Positions 17,044-26,253 are shown, numbered from the stretch's first letter. The stretch is DNA of 31,325 nucleotides from Chthonomonas calidirosea (GCA_945859975.1 CAMAPH010000034.1:1-31325), one strand, 5' to 3'. Notes: generated by a model not told the origin, from the sequence alone. Numbers and translations: made by a program.

Positions 17044-18558
17044 TTGAACAACATCGCAAAATTGGCGGTTGCAGTTTTCGGGTGGACGCTTTTGAGCGCC
17101 GCGCACGCTCAGCATCCATGGAATGCCGGTTTCACAAATTCGGCGGTGGTGACGATAGCTGGCATCGAACGGAAGTCTTCCGCAGCGTATGGTTCGCTTG
17201 GGGACACCGGCGGGCACACGTACACGGTTCAAACAAGAGCGACGCCTGGCGGTTGGATTTCAGATCGACCAAACGATCCGGAGCCACACGTCACCGGCCA
17301 AGGGACGCCTAATGTTTGGGTGCACACAGGCAACTTTTACTTCTATAAGGGGGAGAACGGAGCTTATTCAAATCCGGTTTGGGGTCAGTCACCAGCAGAT
17401 ACCAACCATCGTTCGGATTTAGGACTTCCAGGGAGTGGAAATCCAATTGTGGACGACCGAAATATCGAGTTTGAACACTTTTATTCCCCGGACGACACGC
17501 TGCAAGTGAATGACGACCTTGCGGCATACGTGGCTGGCGATGTACTGCCTCGAAAGGTTGAAGAGCGCCGGATCCACATCCCTTCCCCGTTTAGAGGACT
17601 TGAAGATTGGGTTCCGGATTTGGTGAGTATTAGCAGTGGTAGCACCGCTATCCCTTCCATTTCAAAAGAAATAACTGCCGTAACAGACTATTTCCCGCAG
17701 ATTCGAAGCGCGGCGAGCACGGCTCTTCCGGCAAGTGAACTTTTCACGCTGGTGGTTTCGAAGCGTAGTTATCATATTTTCGTTCGTTCCTACGATGTCG
17801 GGCATTGGGAGTACCCGGCAATGGGCGACCCATCCTGGGTTGACACTGGCCGCATCTATCTGTTCGAATACAAGCAGGACCACTTTCACGAGAAGTTTCC
17901 GTATCAGATTCGGAAGGATCTGTCCGGAGCGCAGAGCGTGGACTCGCGTCGGACTTACGGGCAACCGGATGTTGCGGGGCAGTTCCCGGCGGTTGACCCC
18001 AATGCGCCAGCGAGAAACATCACGTTCAAAGACTGGATTTACCGGGGTGGACTTTTCGTCGGGCAGATGAATCCGGACAGCAACGACCTTAGCGGCGCAG
18101 CGCGGATTCAGATCTATCCAGGTGAAGGGCCGAACTCGAATACCGAGATCGCAACGCTATCATTGCTGCATTTAGGATCGGCACCAGGCACTTGGCCAGA
18201 GTTTGCGACTTTGACATCCATTGTCGGTTCAAATGACGCGAATCTGAATGTCCCGCTGACTCAGCTCACTTGGGCAAACAAGTGGACCACCATGATTGGA
18301 AGTGCTGAATTGTTGCTCAACGGGGCTACGCCAAACGACGATTACGTTAACTGGCCCGCATCAATCTTGCCCTCGTCACCGAGGATGATTGTCCAGCACA
18401 AGGACGAGGACTTGGACGAGCCGCCAGCTGATTCCGGTTGGCACTACTTCGCTTCCGCAGCGCGCTTAACGGGCGAGACATCTTATCCGTTGATCGACGG
18501 ACATCCTCGGATTTGGTACGTCGACCGACAGACACCAGTGCGGTGGGTGCAGCCTTGA
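17044..18558 (+). CDS. secreted hypothetical protein, possible C-terminal DNRLRE-like domain; first gene of the RHS operon
   Basis: 504-aa ORF with TTG start and signal peptide ending AAHA-Q. C-terminal half has LFVG...ARIQIY...ATLSL...LTW.N...YVNW...YFAS...PRIWY. Confidence 0.7.
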   Translation: MNNIAKLAVAVFGWTLLSAAHAQHPWNAGFTNSAVVTIAGIERKSSAAYGSLGDTGGHTYTVQTRATPGGWISDRPNDPEPHVTGQGTPNVWVHTGNFYFYKGENGAYSNPVWGQSPADTNHRSDLGLPGSGNPIVDDRNIEFEHFYSPDDTLQVNDDLAAYVAGDVLPRKVEERRIHIPSPFRGLEDWVPDLVSISSGSTAIPSISKEITAVTDYFPQIRSAASTALPASELFTLVVSKRSYHIFVRSYDVGHWEYPAMGDPSWVDTGRIYLFEYKQDHFHEKFPYQIRKDLSGAQSVDSRRTYGQPDVAGQFPAVDPNAPARNITFKDWIYRGGLFVGQMNPDSNDLSGAARIQIYPGEGPNSNTEIATLSLLHLGSAPGTWPEFATLTSIVGSNDANLNVPLTQLTWANKWTTMIGSAELLLNGATPNDDYVNWPASILPSSPRMIVQHKDEDLDEPPADSGWHYFASAARLTGETSYPLIDGHPRIWYVDRQTPVRWVQP

Positions 18559-19469
18559 GAAAAGGAATATGGGTTGGCATTGGAGTGGTGGCCGTCGCGG
18601 CGGGTATCAGTTATGTTGCATTCACTCAGAGGAACGCGCGAACGACTGCAGAAACCGGAAGCACTACAACGCAAGTAGCGGCATTTATCAAGGAGAACGA
18701 GAGCAGTTCTAACCCGTCGGTGCAGAACTCCGTCACTAAGGCTCGGATTCAGCTGGCTTATAAGGCGAGTGAGAACAAGGATTTTAAGTTAGCGAGAAAT
18801 ATCCTCGTGACGGCGGCGAAGTCGCATAAGGGGTCGGATGTCATAAATCCTGACTACGGTTCCCTCTCTGACCAAGCTCGGTATCAGGCAGCAGTTTGCC
18901 TTATTGCGGAAGGTAAGAAGGAACAAGCCCAGGCCGAGTTCCGAAAGATTATTAAGGACCATCCGAAAAGTCCGATTGTTCACGCGGCGTTCAAGCGGTT
19001 GGTTCGTTTGAACAATGGTACTGTCGATCCGCAAGACCAGAATCTGTTGGAACGAGCGATCAAAATTCAGGAAGAAACAATAAAATTTGAACTCTCGGTC
19101 TGCGGCCCGAAGTCCATTGCTTACCTACTTCCGTTACTAGGCAAGCCAAAGGTTGACTATCACCAGGTCGCCAAGAAGTGCGGCACAACGAACGATGGAA
19201 CAACCATTGAGGCGATGCGGAAGGCCCTGGCTGACTACGGCATTACTTCTTATGCCTACCGCGTGAGCCGCCAGGATTTGCCGAAAATTCAGCTGCCAGC
19301 AATTTGGCTTAGCGGCCAGCATTACGTGACCTTGAAGTCGATCTCCGGTGATTCGGCGCTCGTTTACGATTCACTCGTCGGAGGTGAGCGGGAAGCCGCT
19401 TTGCCTCCGATCGATGACCTCAATTTTTCCGCAAACGTGATTGTTTTCAAACCAGTTGGTGTACTTTGA
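18555..19469 (+). CDS. membrane-anchored TPR + C39-like cysteine peptidase
   Basis: TTG at 18555 overlaps the upstream TGA. N-terminal TM helix (GIWVGIGVVAVAAGISYVAF), TPR helices (QARYQAAVCL...AQAEFRKIIKDHPKS), then CGPKS (Cys codon 19101), GTT..AM, QHYV (His 19320), VYDS (Asp 19368). No ABC domain. Confidence 0.78.
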   Translation: MRKGIWVGIGVVAVAAGISYVAFTQRNARTTAETGSTTTQVAAFIKENESSSNPSVQNSVTKARIQLAYKASENKDFKLARNILVTAAKSHKGSDVINPDYGSLSDQARYQAAVCLIAEGKKEQAQAEFRKIIKDHPKSPIVHAAFKRLVRLNNGTVDPQDQNLLERAIKIQEETIKFELSVCGPKSIAYLLPLLGKPKVDYHQVAKKCGTTNDGTTIEAMRKALADYGITSYAYRVSRQDLPKIQLPAIWLSGQHYVTLKSISGDSALVYDSLVGGEREAALPPIDDLNFSANVIVFKPVGVL

Positions 19470-22400
19470 AAAAAGCAAGAAAATTCGCCGCCAGTTCAGT
19501 AGTCCGATCAATCGCCGTGATTGCGGTGCTGAACTTGTCGATACCGACGGGAGCCATTGCGACGGTTGGTAAGCCACTTGCCGATAACTGGCGAGAAACT
19601 GAGGCCGCTCGAAAGCAGGCGGAGACCAGGAAGCAGGTTAAAGACGAGGCGGCAAAGGCAAAGAACTCGACTCGGCCTCTGACAGCAACCGAACAGCGCT
19701 CATTCAAGGGAATGAGCGGACGGAATCCTTACTTGGCCGGGCAGAACAAGTGGGACATCGTGCACAAGGGGGTCAATCTGATGACGGGGAACTACACCAT
19801 CTCCGCGACGGATCTATCCTTTGAAGGCGGGTACGGAATTCCGGTTAACGTCACTCGCTCCTACTCGATGCACAGCATGGATGAAGGTCCATTTGGAATG
19901 GGATGGACGCTCTCGGCTGATGTGCGTTCGACCGCCGGTGGCTTGCTGAAATCTGCGGGTGCGCCTGTTCGGTCGGTACCAGTGACGTTCAAAGAGCGTC
20001 CAAGTGCTCAGCTTAACGATCCGAATGCGGTTTCGGCCAACGGGAAAGTTGCGGCTGATCCTCCGGTGGCCGTGATTGCCACGGACGCGGGCGGGCAAGA
20101 AGAAACGATTCAGAAGGATGTTGATGGCGTGTTGTCAACACCGCCATGGGATAAGAACGTCATCGACACCGAGTACGAGTGGGTGACGCTAGGCACGGAT
20201 CGATACCAAGTCGCCCTGCGCAACACGCTAACAACGGCAGATGGCACGGTTTACGTCTACGAGAAGAAGGGCTATTACACCAACGGCACTCGACCTTGGA
20301 ACAACACGTCAGCTACACCCGAAGCAGCGAACGTTCTGAAAGTCACTTCTGCGACCGACCGACAAGGGAACGTTACGACCTATGGCTATGGCACGACGGA
20401 CGTCACGTTCCAAAAGGCAAACGGGCAGGTAACCGAAAAGCCGTTGACGTCGGTTTATATGCCGAATGGCAGGACGTTGCTCTTCAACTGGACCGGAAAT
20501 CGGATTACTCAAGTTTCGGACAAAGAAAGTTTGAGCGATACCGAGTTCAGAACGGTTAATTACGGCTACACCAACGGCAATCTGACCTCCGTCACGACGC
20601 CTGCCGGCTTTACGACTACTTACGGTTACGGAACGTTTAACGGGGTCATCACCTCTATCACCGACTCTCGAGGCTTTACCACAAGCATTTCGGTGGTTGA
20701 TGGCGGATGGGGGCGAATGCCGAGCGGGGTGAGTGTCGATGCCTTATGGGTTGACAAAATCACCTTCCCGAACGGTGCAGAGACGCGCATTTCTGGGTTA
20801 CCGCGGGTCAACGGGGTCAACGTTGTGTCTGAGTGGGTTAAAGGTACCCAGATCCACAAGTTTGGATATGTGGCGAACTACACAACCTTGGACCAAATTC
20901 CCGTGTGTCGAGTTGCGATTCCGCGCGAATTCCACGACGCGGCAGGTGACTACACCGAGAACTTTTACAACCGATTCTCGCAAGATCTCATCTCAAGCAT
21001 TTCTCGGCGCTATGGGATCACGCGGCCCATCAACGATTTGTCTGGAACGCGATTGCTGGACACGAATACCCTCGTACCGTTCGCAGTGAGAACTGATACA
21101 ACGTACAACTTCATGGGGAATCCGCTGACTAAAGTTGTCAGTGAGTACACCGGCAATGCTGCTAGCGGGTCGACGAATCGAACTGTTCAGAAAACGGTCG
21201 AGTACGCGTACTGGGGGCAGGACAAGTACTGGCAGGAGAAAGCGGTTAGAGACGTTGACGCTAATCTGTTTACTTTCAGCGATTACTATTCCTCAACGGC
21301 TGCTGGTGGGTTGAAAGGACAGACGTATCGGGTTTACGATGCAAAGTATGCTCAGTACAACGTATCGTCGAATTCTCTGAGCACTTGGCGGTCCACCATT
21401 CTGCCGACCGATGCATCGAAGTACTCGGCAGAGTTCACTTACGACACTCTAGGCAGATTAACCCTTGTAAAGAAGCTTCAGTCGGCCACGACCAATCCGT
21501 ACACGTACGTTTCAACCTCGACGAACTATGGATCAAACGGCTCGCCTGGTTGGGGACAGCCACAGTCGGTAACGGAAGATTACGGTGGCCCAAACGCACG
21601 CACGACTACGACTTTGGAATATACGGGCTGGGGCAAACCGCGGAAGGTGCAGGATGCTAAGGGCAATGAGTTCTTTACGGATTTTGATCGGGATGGCAGG
21701 GTTCTTTCGGTGCAACAAACGGCGGGCACAGGGTCGCCAAGGGCGCTGTTAGCCTACAGCTACGGCAGTGCCGGTGTTTTGAACGGGATGCCCACTCAGG
21801 TGGTAGACGGTCTTTCCGGTATAGCACAAAGTATCCAGTACTTCCCTTATGCGGGGACAAACGATGGCTCTGATGCCTACTACTATGCTCTCGCGAGTGC
21901 GGGGCAAGTTCAATCGGTAACCCAGACGCGCGGTACAGCGCCTAACCAGGACACTTACACAACGGCATACACCTACACCTTTGCAGGCGACCGAAGGACA
22001 GCAGAATACACCTCCTTCCTCGGCACGAATGCGAAGTGGGAGTACAGCGATTACGTTTCGGTGGGCGATCTCACCAGCCCAAGTCGTGCATTCCAAACGT
22101 TACGCAAGGTTAACCCGGATGACTCGACGGCGGAAGTATTCCACTACGGGTACGACGCTTTGGGACGGCTCTGTAACGCGGCGTTTGCACAAACACCGCA
22201 GCTGACCAATGGGGTTGCGGACTGGAGCAAGCTGCCGTCGATAAGGGCGCGAACTTATAACGAGTTTGACTCTGGCGGTCGACTCGTTCGGACCGAAACT
22301 TATAAAGACACCCTTTCTGGCAGTGGAACGACCTACACCAGCACGCCGATCATCGGCAACGAGTACGGCTACGAGCTGACGGGAGCAAACCGAGGTTTGC

Positions 22401-23695
22401 GAACGAGCTCAAGCAGCAAGATCGGCAACGGAAGCGGTTGGCAGACTGAGTGGACGGAGACTTATGGCTATGAGGCGCAGCGGGACTATCTGACTTCGTT
22501 CTCGACGACAGATGGAGCATCGAGCCCGAACCAGAGTTGGAGCTATGATGCGGCGGGGAACCGGTCGGGGGCGACTTATGACTCGCTGAATCGGATGACG
22601 GCTCGGAGCACGATCAGTTATACGAACGACGTACTCGGTAATCGGACGAGCAGAACCTACAACGGCGTGACCGTCAACTATGCTTGGGACGTGCTCAACC
22701 GGATGACACAGCACACGCTGACGAGCGGTGCGGTCGTTTCCTATGAGTATCGTGCGGATGGGATGAGGACTCGGAAGTTGGCGGTAGGGACCGGGCAGCA
22801 GGAGATTTTGTATTTACATGACGGCCAGAATTCGATTGAGGAGGCTACTTTCTCAAACGGTCCCACTCGAGGTGCGTACACGGAGATCGTTCGGAACGGG
22901 ATTGGGGCGCGAGGGATCGATTATGTGGAGGTCTTTAAGACCGGATCGGCGACTTCGGTACGGTTTCCGGTCTACGATGGCCATGGCAATATGACGGCAT
23001 GTCTGTTGCGTGATGGTGCGGGTGGGTTTACTTTGACCTCTCGCCGGGCGTATGACCCTTGGGGGGCGATGCGGCAATGGGGGACTCATCCCAGCGGATC
23101 TTCGGCTTACCAAGGCGCGCCTTCTTCCCGTTACGTGGGTTCGTTGGGACACCAACAGGATGACGACTCGGGCCTGTACTATATGCGAGCGAGGTACTAC
23201 GAGCCAGGTTCTGGTCGGTTTATCAGCGAGGATCCGGCCAGAGATGGGTTGAATTGGTTTGCTTACTGTAATAACGATCCGGTTCTAAACGTCGATGCGA
23301 CAGGCAAACATTGGGAAAAGATAGTCGACGGGTTTAAGTTTTTGTTTCACGACAAAGGAGGAGGTCATCTTCACATTTATGACAGTAAGGGCGAAGAACT
23401 CTTCTCAAGGCGGCTCAGCGGTGGTGCGTGGCACGGTGACGGCGGAAAGTTTCCTCAGGAAGTGCTTGAGGCACTAATAAAGGCAGTGAAAGCTGGTAAT
23501 AATGGAGCCCTACGCGTAATTCAGAGGTTTGCTAGCGGAGGATACGGAATTGGGAAAAAAGTCCTAAGAGCGCTAAAGGCAGCCGCTGGCATTACAGGAC
23601 TAGTAATCTATGCGTACACTTCAATCGACGCTTATGCCCAGTTTGATCCGGCAGGCTTTGCCGATATCATTGCAACGATAGGAGGCTTCGATTGA
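19466..23695 (+). CDS. RHS/YD-repeat polymorphic toxin (signal-like N-terminus, DUF6531-like domain, RHS core, variable CT)
   Basis: VNLMTGNY...TRSY...GPFGMGW (DUF6531-like), many YD repeats, core DDDSGLYYMRARYYEPGSGRFISEDP...N.FAYC.NDPV..VDATG, then a 128-aa CT from 23309. Confidence 0.93.
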   Translation: MKKARKFAASSVVRSIAVIAVLNLSIPTGAIATVGKPLADNWRETEAARKQAETRKQVKDEAAKAKNSTRPLTATEQRSFKGMSGRNPYLAGQNKWDIVHKGVNLMTGNYTISATDLSFEGGYGIPVNVTRSYSMHSMDEGPFGMGWTLSADVRSTAGGLLKSAGAPVRSVPVTFKERPSAQLNDPNAVSANGKVAADPPVAVIATDAGGQEETIQKDVDGVLSTPPWDKNVIDTEYEWVTLGTDRYQVALRNTLTTADGTVYVYEKKGYYTNGTRPWNNTSATPEAANVLKVTSATDRQGNVTTYGYGTTDVTFQKANGQVTEKPLTSVYMPNGRTLLFNWTGNRITQVSDKESLSDTEFRTVNYGYTNGNLTSVTTPAGFTTTYGYGTFNGVITSITDSRGFTTSISVVDGGWGRMPSGVSVDALWVDKITFPNGAETRISGLPRVNGVNVVSEWVKGTQIHKFGYVANYTTLDQIPVCRVAIPREFHDAAGDYTENFYNRFSQDLISSISRRYGITRPINDLSGTRLLDTNTLVPFAVRTDTTYNFMGNPLTKVVSEYTGNAASGSTNRTVQKTVEYAYWGQDKYWQEKAVRDVDANLFTFSDYYSSTAAGGLKGQTYRVYDAKYAQYNVSSNSLSTWRSTILPTDASKYSAEFTYDTLGRLTLVKKLQSATTNPYTYVSTSTNYGSNGSPGWGQPQSVTEDYGGPNARTTTTLEYTGWGKPRKVQDAKGNEFFTDFDRDGRVLSVQQTAGTGSPRALLAYSYGSAGVLNGMPTQVVDGLSGIAQSIQYFPYAGTNDGSDAYYYALASAGQVQSVTQTRGTAPNQDTYTTAYTYTFAGDRRTAEYTSFLGTNAKWEYSDYVSVGDLTSPSRAFQTLRKVNPDDSTAEVFHYGYDALGRLCNAAFAQTPQLTNGVADWSKLPSIRARTYNEFDSGGRLVRTETYKDTLSGSGTTYTSTPIIGNEYGYELTGANRGLRTSSSSKIGNGSGWQTEWTETYGYEAQRDYLTSFSTTDGASSPNQSWSYDAAGNRSGATYDSLNRMTARSTISYTNDVLGNRTSRTYNGVTVNYAWDVLNRMTQHTLTSGAVVSYEYRADGMRTRKLAVGTGQQEILYLHDGQNSIEEATFSNGPTRGAYTEIVRNGIGARGIDYVEVFKTGSATSVRFPVYDGHGNMTACLLRDGAGGFTLTSRRAYDPWGAMRQWGTHPSGSSAYQGAPSSRYVGSLGHQQDDDSGLYYMRARYYEPGSGRFISEDPARDGLNWFAYCNNDPVLNVDATGKHWEKIVDGFKFLFHDKGGGHLHIYDSKGEELFSRRLSGGAWHGDGGKFPQEVLEALIKAVKAGNNGALRVIQRFASGGYGIGKKVLRALKAAAGITGLVIYAYTSIDAYAQFDPAGFADIIATIGGFD

Positions 23696-24462
23696 AGCCT
23701 GACTATGAAGAGTATATTAGGCAAGCCTATTCGGATGCGGAGATGGTTGCGATCGAGCGGCCTGCAACTGTACGACTCGGCATTCACCTTCCAGATGTGA
23801 CCGCGATTAGCGACGAATTTGGTAAGAAGATTGCGGCAGAAATTCTAAGCGATTGCCCGCCGAGGCGAGCTCGCATCCGCCCATTTCGGGTCATGCGTTG
23901 CGCAATTACGAAAGAGAATTTTCGTAGGACCTACCTTGAATCCTCTTTGCCAATCCCAGATCAAGATAAACTGTACTGGCATAGCACTTTCGATATTTCG
24001 GGATACTCTGATGACAAGCCAGTGCTAGGAGTTTCATATGCGGAGGCCATTACATTTTGTTCCCTTCTTGGCGGTCGTTTGCTTCGAGAAGAAGAATTTG
24101 AGTTTTTGCTCAGGGGGCGTCACCGCTGCAGTTTTCTTGGGCATCAAGCTAGTCGAAGCCTTACTCAAGGGACCGTGAAGGAAATTTTGCCGGAAGTGAT
24201 TCCTGTTGATTCCCCAGATCTAGCATGCAGCTCTCAAGGTGTAAAAGGACTATGGGGAAATGTCCGTGAACTCGTGCAAGGAGCTTATGGTCCGGATTAT
24301 TGGCTCAGAGGCCCTGTCATCAAACCTCTGGGACGTCGGGACAAAATCCTCTATTCGGGCCTGCGAATTGAGATGAATGAGGACTATCTATCCGGAGCGA
24401 TGGTCGGGATGCGCTGCCATAACTTAGAGCCAGCCGGGTTTAGAGTGGCCTTCGACTTGTGA
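23692..24462 (+). CDS. FGE-sulfatase/SUMF1-fold protein in the cognate immunity position
   Basis: PVLGVSYAEAITFC..LGGRL..EEEFE...RG, G.KGLWGNVRE, GFRV motifs; TTG start overlaps the RHS stop. Confidence 0.72.
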   Translation: MKPDYEEYIRQAYSDAEMVAIERPATVRLGIHLPDVTAISDEFGKKIAAEILSDCPPRRARIRPFRVMRCAITKENFRRTYLESSLPIPDQDKLYWHSTFDISGYSDDKPVLGVSYAEAITFCSLLGGRLLREEEFEFLLRGRHRCSFLGHQASRSLTQGTVKEILPEVIPVDSPDLACSSQGVKGLWGNVRELVQGAYGPDYWLRGPVIKPLGRRDKILYSGLRIEMNEDYLSGAMVGMRCHNLEPAGFRVAFDL

Positions 24463-24596
24463 GCAGGCTTGTTAGGACGCTTAATATTTCTAATCGTTAG
24501 GATTCAATTTGCATTAAGTCCGGTGGCGGCATTAAGTTCAGCGGCAAGTGGCCCTTCCTGGCCATTCGGACGACCGTCCGAAATTTGGCTGGTCGC

Positions 24597-24647
24597 GTCC
24601 TCATCCCCAGTCCCCTTCTCCATCGGAATGGAGAAGGGGCTCAAACG
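24597..24647. repeat. REP-like hairpin element, copy 1
   Basis: GTCCTCATCCCC-x3-CCCCTTCTCCAT-CGGA-ATGGAGAAGGGG-CTCAAACG. Perfect 12-bp stem; 24612-24647 is identical to 26631-26666. Confidence 0.85.
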
Positions 24648-24801
24648 ATTTCTGGTGTACGATAATTGCGGAAACATGACGGCATGTTTGTTGCGTGAAG
24701 CGGCGGGGTGGTTAAGCTTGATTTGGCTCCAGGCCGATCACGCCGGGGCGGACGATGCTCTCAGAGCGTCGTCTAACCAGGGAGCGCTGTCCTGGCGATG
24801 A
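24646..24801 (+). pseudogene. decayed RHS core fragment A
   Basis: RFLVYDNCGNMTACLLREAAGWLSL...ASSNQGALSWR versus RHS core RFPVYDGHGNMTACLLRDGAGGFTL...SSAYQGAPSSR. Confidence 0.8.
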
Positions 24802-25139
24802 TGGACTTACTTAATCTGATCGCGGAAATCGGAAGCGAAGCGCCTGAGGGGCAGAAACATTACTTTCGAGCCATCCAATTCGGCGTGCAGATCCTGTTCA
24901 TGATTGGGCTTGGCGGGCTTACGAAAGATGGACGAGTACTTGCCGCACACACTTATTCTTTGATGGTCCTATGGGTTCACGAATCGGGGATTTACTCTGG
25001 ATTTCGTGGAGTGGGGTTGAGTTTTGTGGTTCAAACTCTCCTTGCCGTGGTTTTCGTACAATATTTTAAGTCAAAGCCAAGGACCTGGGACAAGACTGAG
25101 CCTGAGTTGGAAACTGAGCGGACGAGTTCGGCAAATTAA
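24798..25139 (+). CDS. small membrane protein, orphan immunity candidate
   Basis: 113 aa, about 3 hydrophobic segments; ATGA overlap with the stop of remnant A. Confidence 0.55.
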   Translation: MMDLLNLIAEIGSEAPEGQKHYFRAIQFGVQILFMIGLGGLTKDGRVLAAHTYSLMVLWVHESGIYSGFRGVGLSFVVQTLLAVVFVQYFKSKPRTWDKTEPELETERTSSAN

Positions 25140-25197
25140 AATTCCTAAGATCTTCCGCTTGCCTGGCGCGCTGGTTCAGGTTGTGTTCAGTTCGACT

Positions 25198-25533
25198 ATG
25201 ATGAACTCCCGGTACAGCCGTGTGGTTCGGCACTTGAGGAGACAGCCGGACGGCGAACGTCTGAGATTCATCATTCGCTATTGGTACGTGGAGAACGCAT
25301 GGCTTCTGACTTCAACACAGGGATTGGCCGTGCCTGGAGATTCGGGCGCACTGTTACGGCGGATGAAGGGAGGTGAAACCTCCGAGGAAGACATAGCTCT
25401 GGAGTTAAGAGCGCTGGATGCGCCGACTTTCGAGGAAGTTCATCAGAAGATTAAACAATCGGCAATCGCGGAGGCACTGCGGTGGCCAGTGACGCGGGAA
25501 GATATAGCCATGCAATGGCCCGAGCTTCAGTGA
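25198..25533 (+). CDS. hypothetical protein, orphan immunity candidate
   Basis: 111 aa from ATG 25198, co-oriented within the array. No family recognised. Confidence 0.45.
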   Translation: MMNSRYSRVVRHLRRQPDGERLRFIIRYWYVENAWLLTSTQGLAVPGDSGALLRRMKGGETSEEDIALELRALDAPTFEEVHQKIKQSAIAEALRWPVTREDIAMQWPELQ

Positions 25534-25593
25534 GGTGGATACTTAGTGATGCCGTTAGACATTCCGAGAAACTAAGAACGTGTTTACGTAGCT

Positions 25594-26253
25594 ATGAACA
25601 ACCAAGAAGTGATCGTTCTGCCTGGTTGGCACGGCGCCGCCTTGGAGGTCGGGGAAATGCCGTCGCCGTTTGTGGCTTTTCTGCAACTTGTTGAGACGGT
25701 CCAACCGAAAGTACGCGGGCTGATGTTGACTGAGCTGGAGACTCCGGAACTGCGTGGGGTACCTCGAGTGGAGTCAGAAGGCTTACAGATTCTCGAAAAC
25801 ACCCCTTCGGTTTTTGGGCAGACTTGGAGCTTTAACGATGTGCCTTCGATAGTAGCGGGTATAGAGTATATGAGCCCGGTATCTACGACGCCCTTAGCCC
25901 TCTTGTTTGCGCGGCGGTCTACCCGTGATGCTTGGCTAAATGGCCTGTACCGGGACCCACTTACACTCGAGGTTTGTTCGGCTTCTAGCTTTGCAAACTA
26001 CGCCGAGGGTATAGACGGGTGTCTTTTTGCGGTATTTGCCGATGTCTTCGAATATAGTGTCAATACCGCTTTTTTGTGGCACCGAAGCGATTTTGACTTG
26101 ACTGAATTGCCTATTGGCACCTTGCATGCGTCGTCGGCAGACATTGCCAGGAATTGCGTTCTTGGAACAGACTGGTCGCCAGAAGACGGGCAAATTATGC
26201 CGCCAGACTCCTTGGCTGCAAACCTTGAACGTCGGCAGATGATGCGGCGTTAA
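25594..26253 (+). CDS. hypothetical protein, orphan immunity candidate
   Basis: 219-aa ATG-started acidic ORF, co-oriented within the array. Confidence 0.55.
   Translation: MNNQEVIVLPGWHGAALEVGEMPSPFVAFLQLVETVQPKVRGLMLTELETPELRGVPRVESEGLQILENTPSVFGQTWSFNDVPSIVAGIEYMSPVSTTPLALLFARRSTRDAWLNGLYRDPLTLEVCSASSFANYAEGIDGCLFAVFADVFEYSVNTAFLWHRSDFDLTELPIGTLHASSADIARNCVLGTDWSPEDGQIMPPDSLAANLERRQMMRR

Noticed and set aside
16819..17232. Minus-strand 137-aa ORF
   Set aside because: Overlaps gene 1 and its AT-rich upstream region, with no recognisable motif.
18438..18554. Track start of the peptidase ORF at 18438
   Set aside because: It would overlap gene 1 by 121 nt. TTG 18555 gives a TTGA junction and puts the TM helix at the N-terminus.
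19466..23695. Type VI or type VII secretion effector assignment
   Set aside because: No PAAR or WXG/LXG motif in the protein, no VgrG/Hcp/Eag genes in the window, and the N-terminus looks like a signal peptide. Machinery elsewhere in the genome cannot be excluded.
24469..24801. 110-aa ORF as a real gene
   Set aside because: It is a read-through of intergenic DNA, the hairpin repeat and RHS scar A. The ORFs 26548..26733, 27265..27510 and 30728..30958 are similar composites.
25160..25197. Possible extra RHS scar (gctggttcaggttgt, similar to the PGSGR codons)
   Set aside because: Similarity too short to distinguish from chance.
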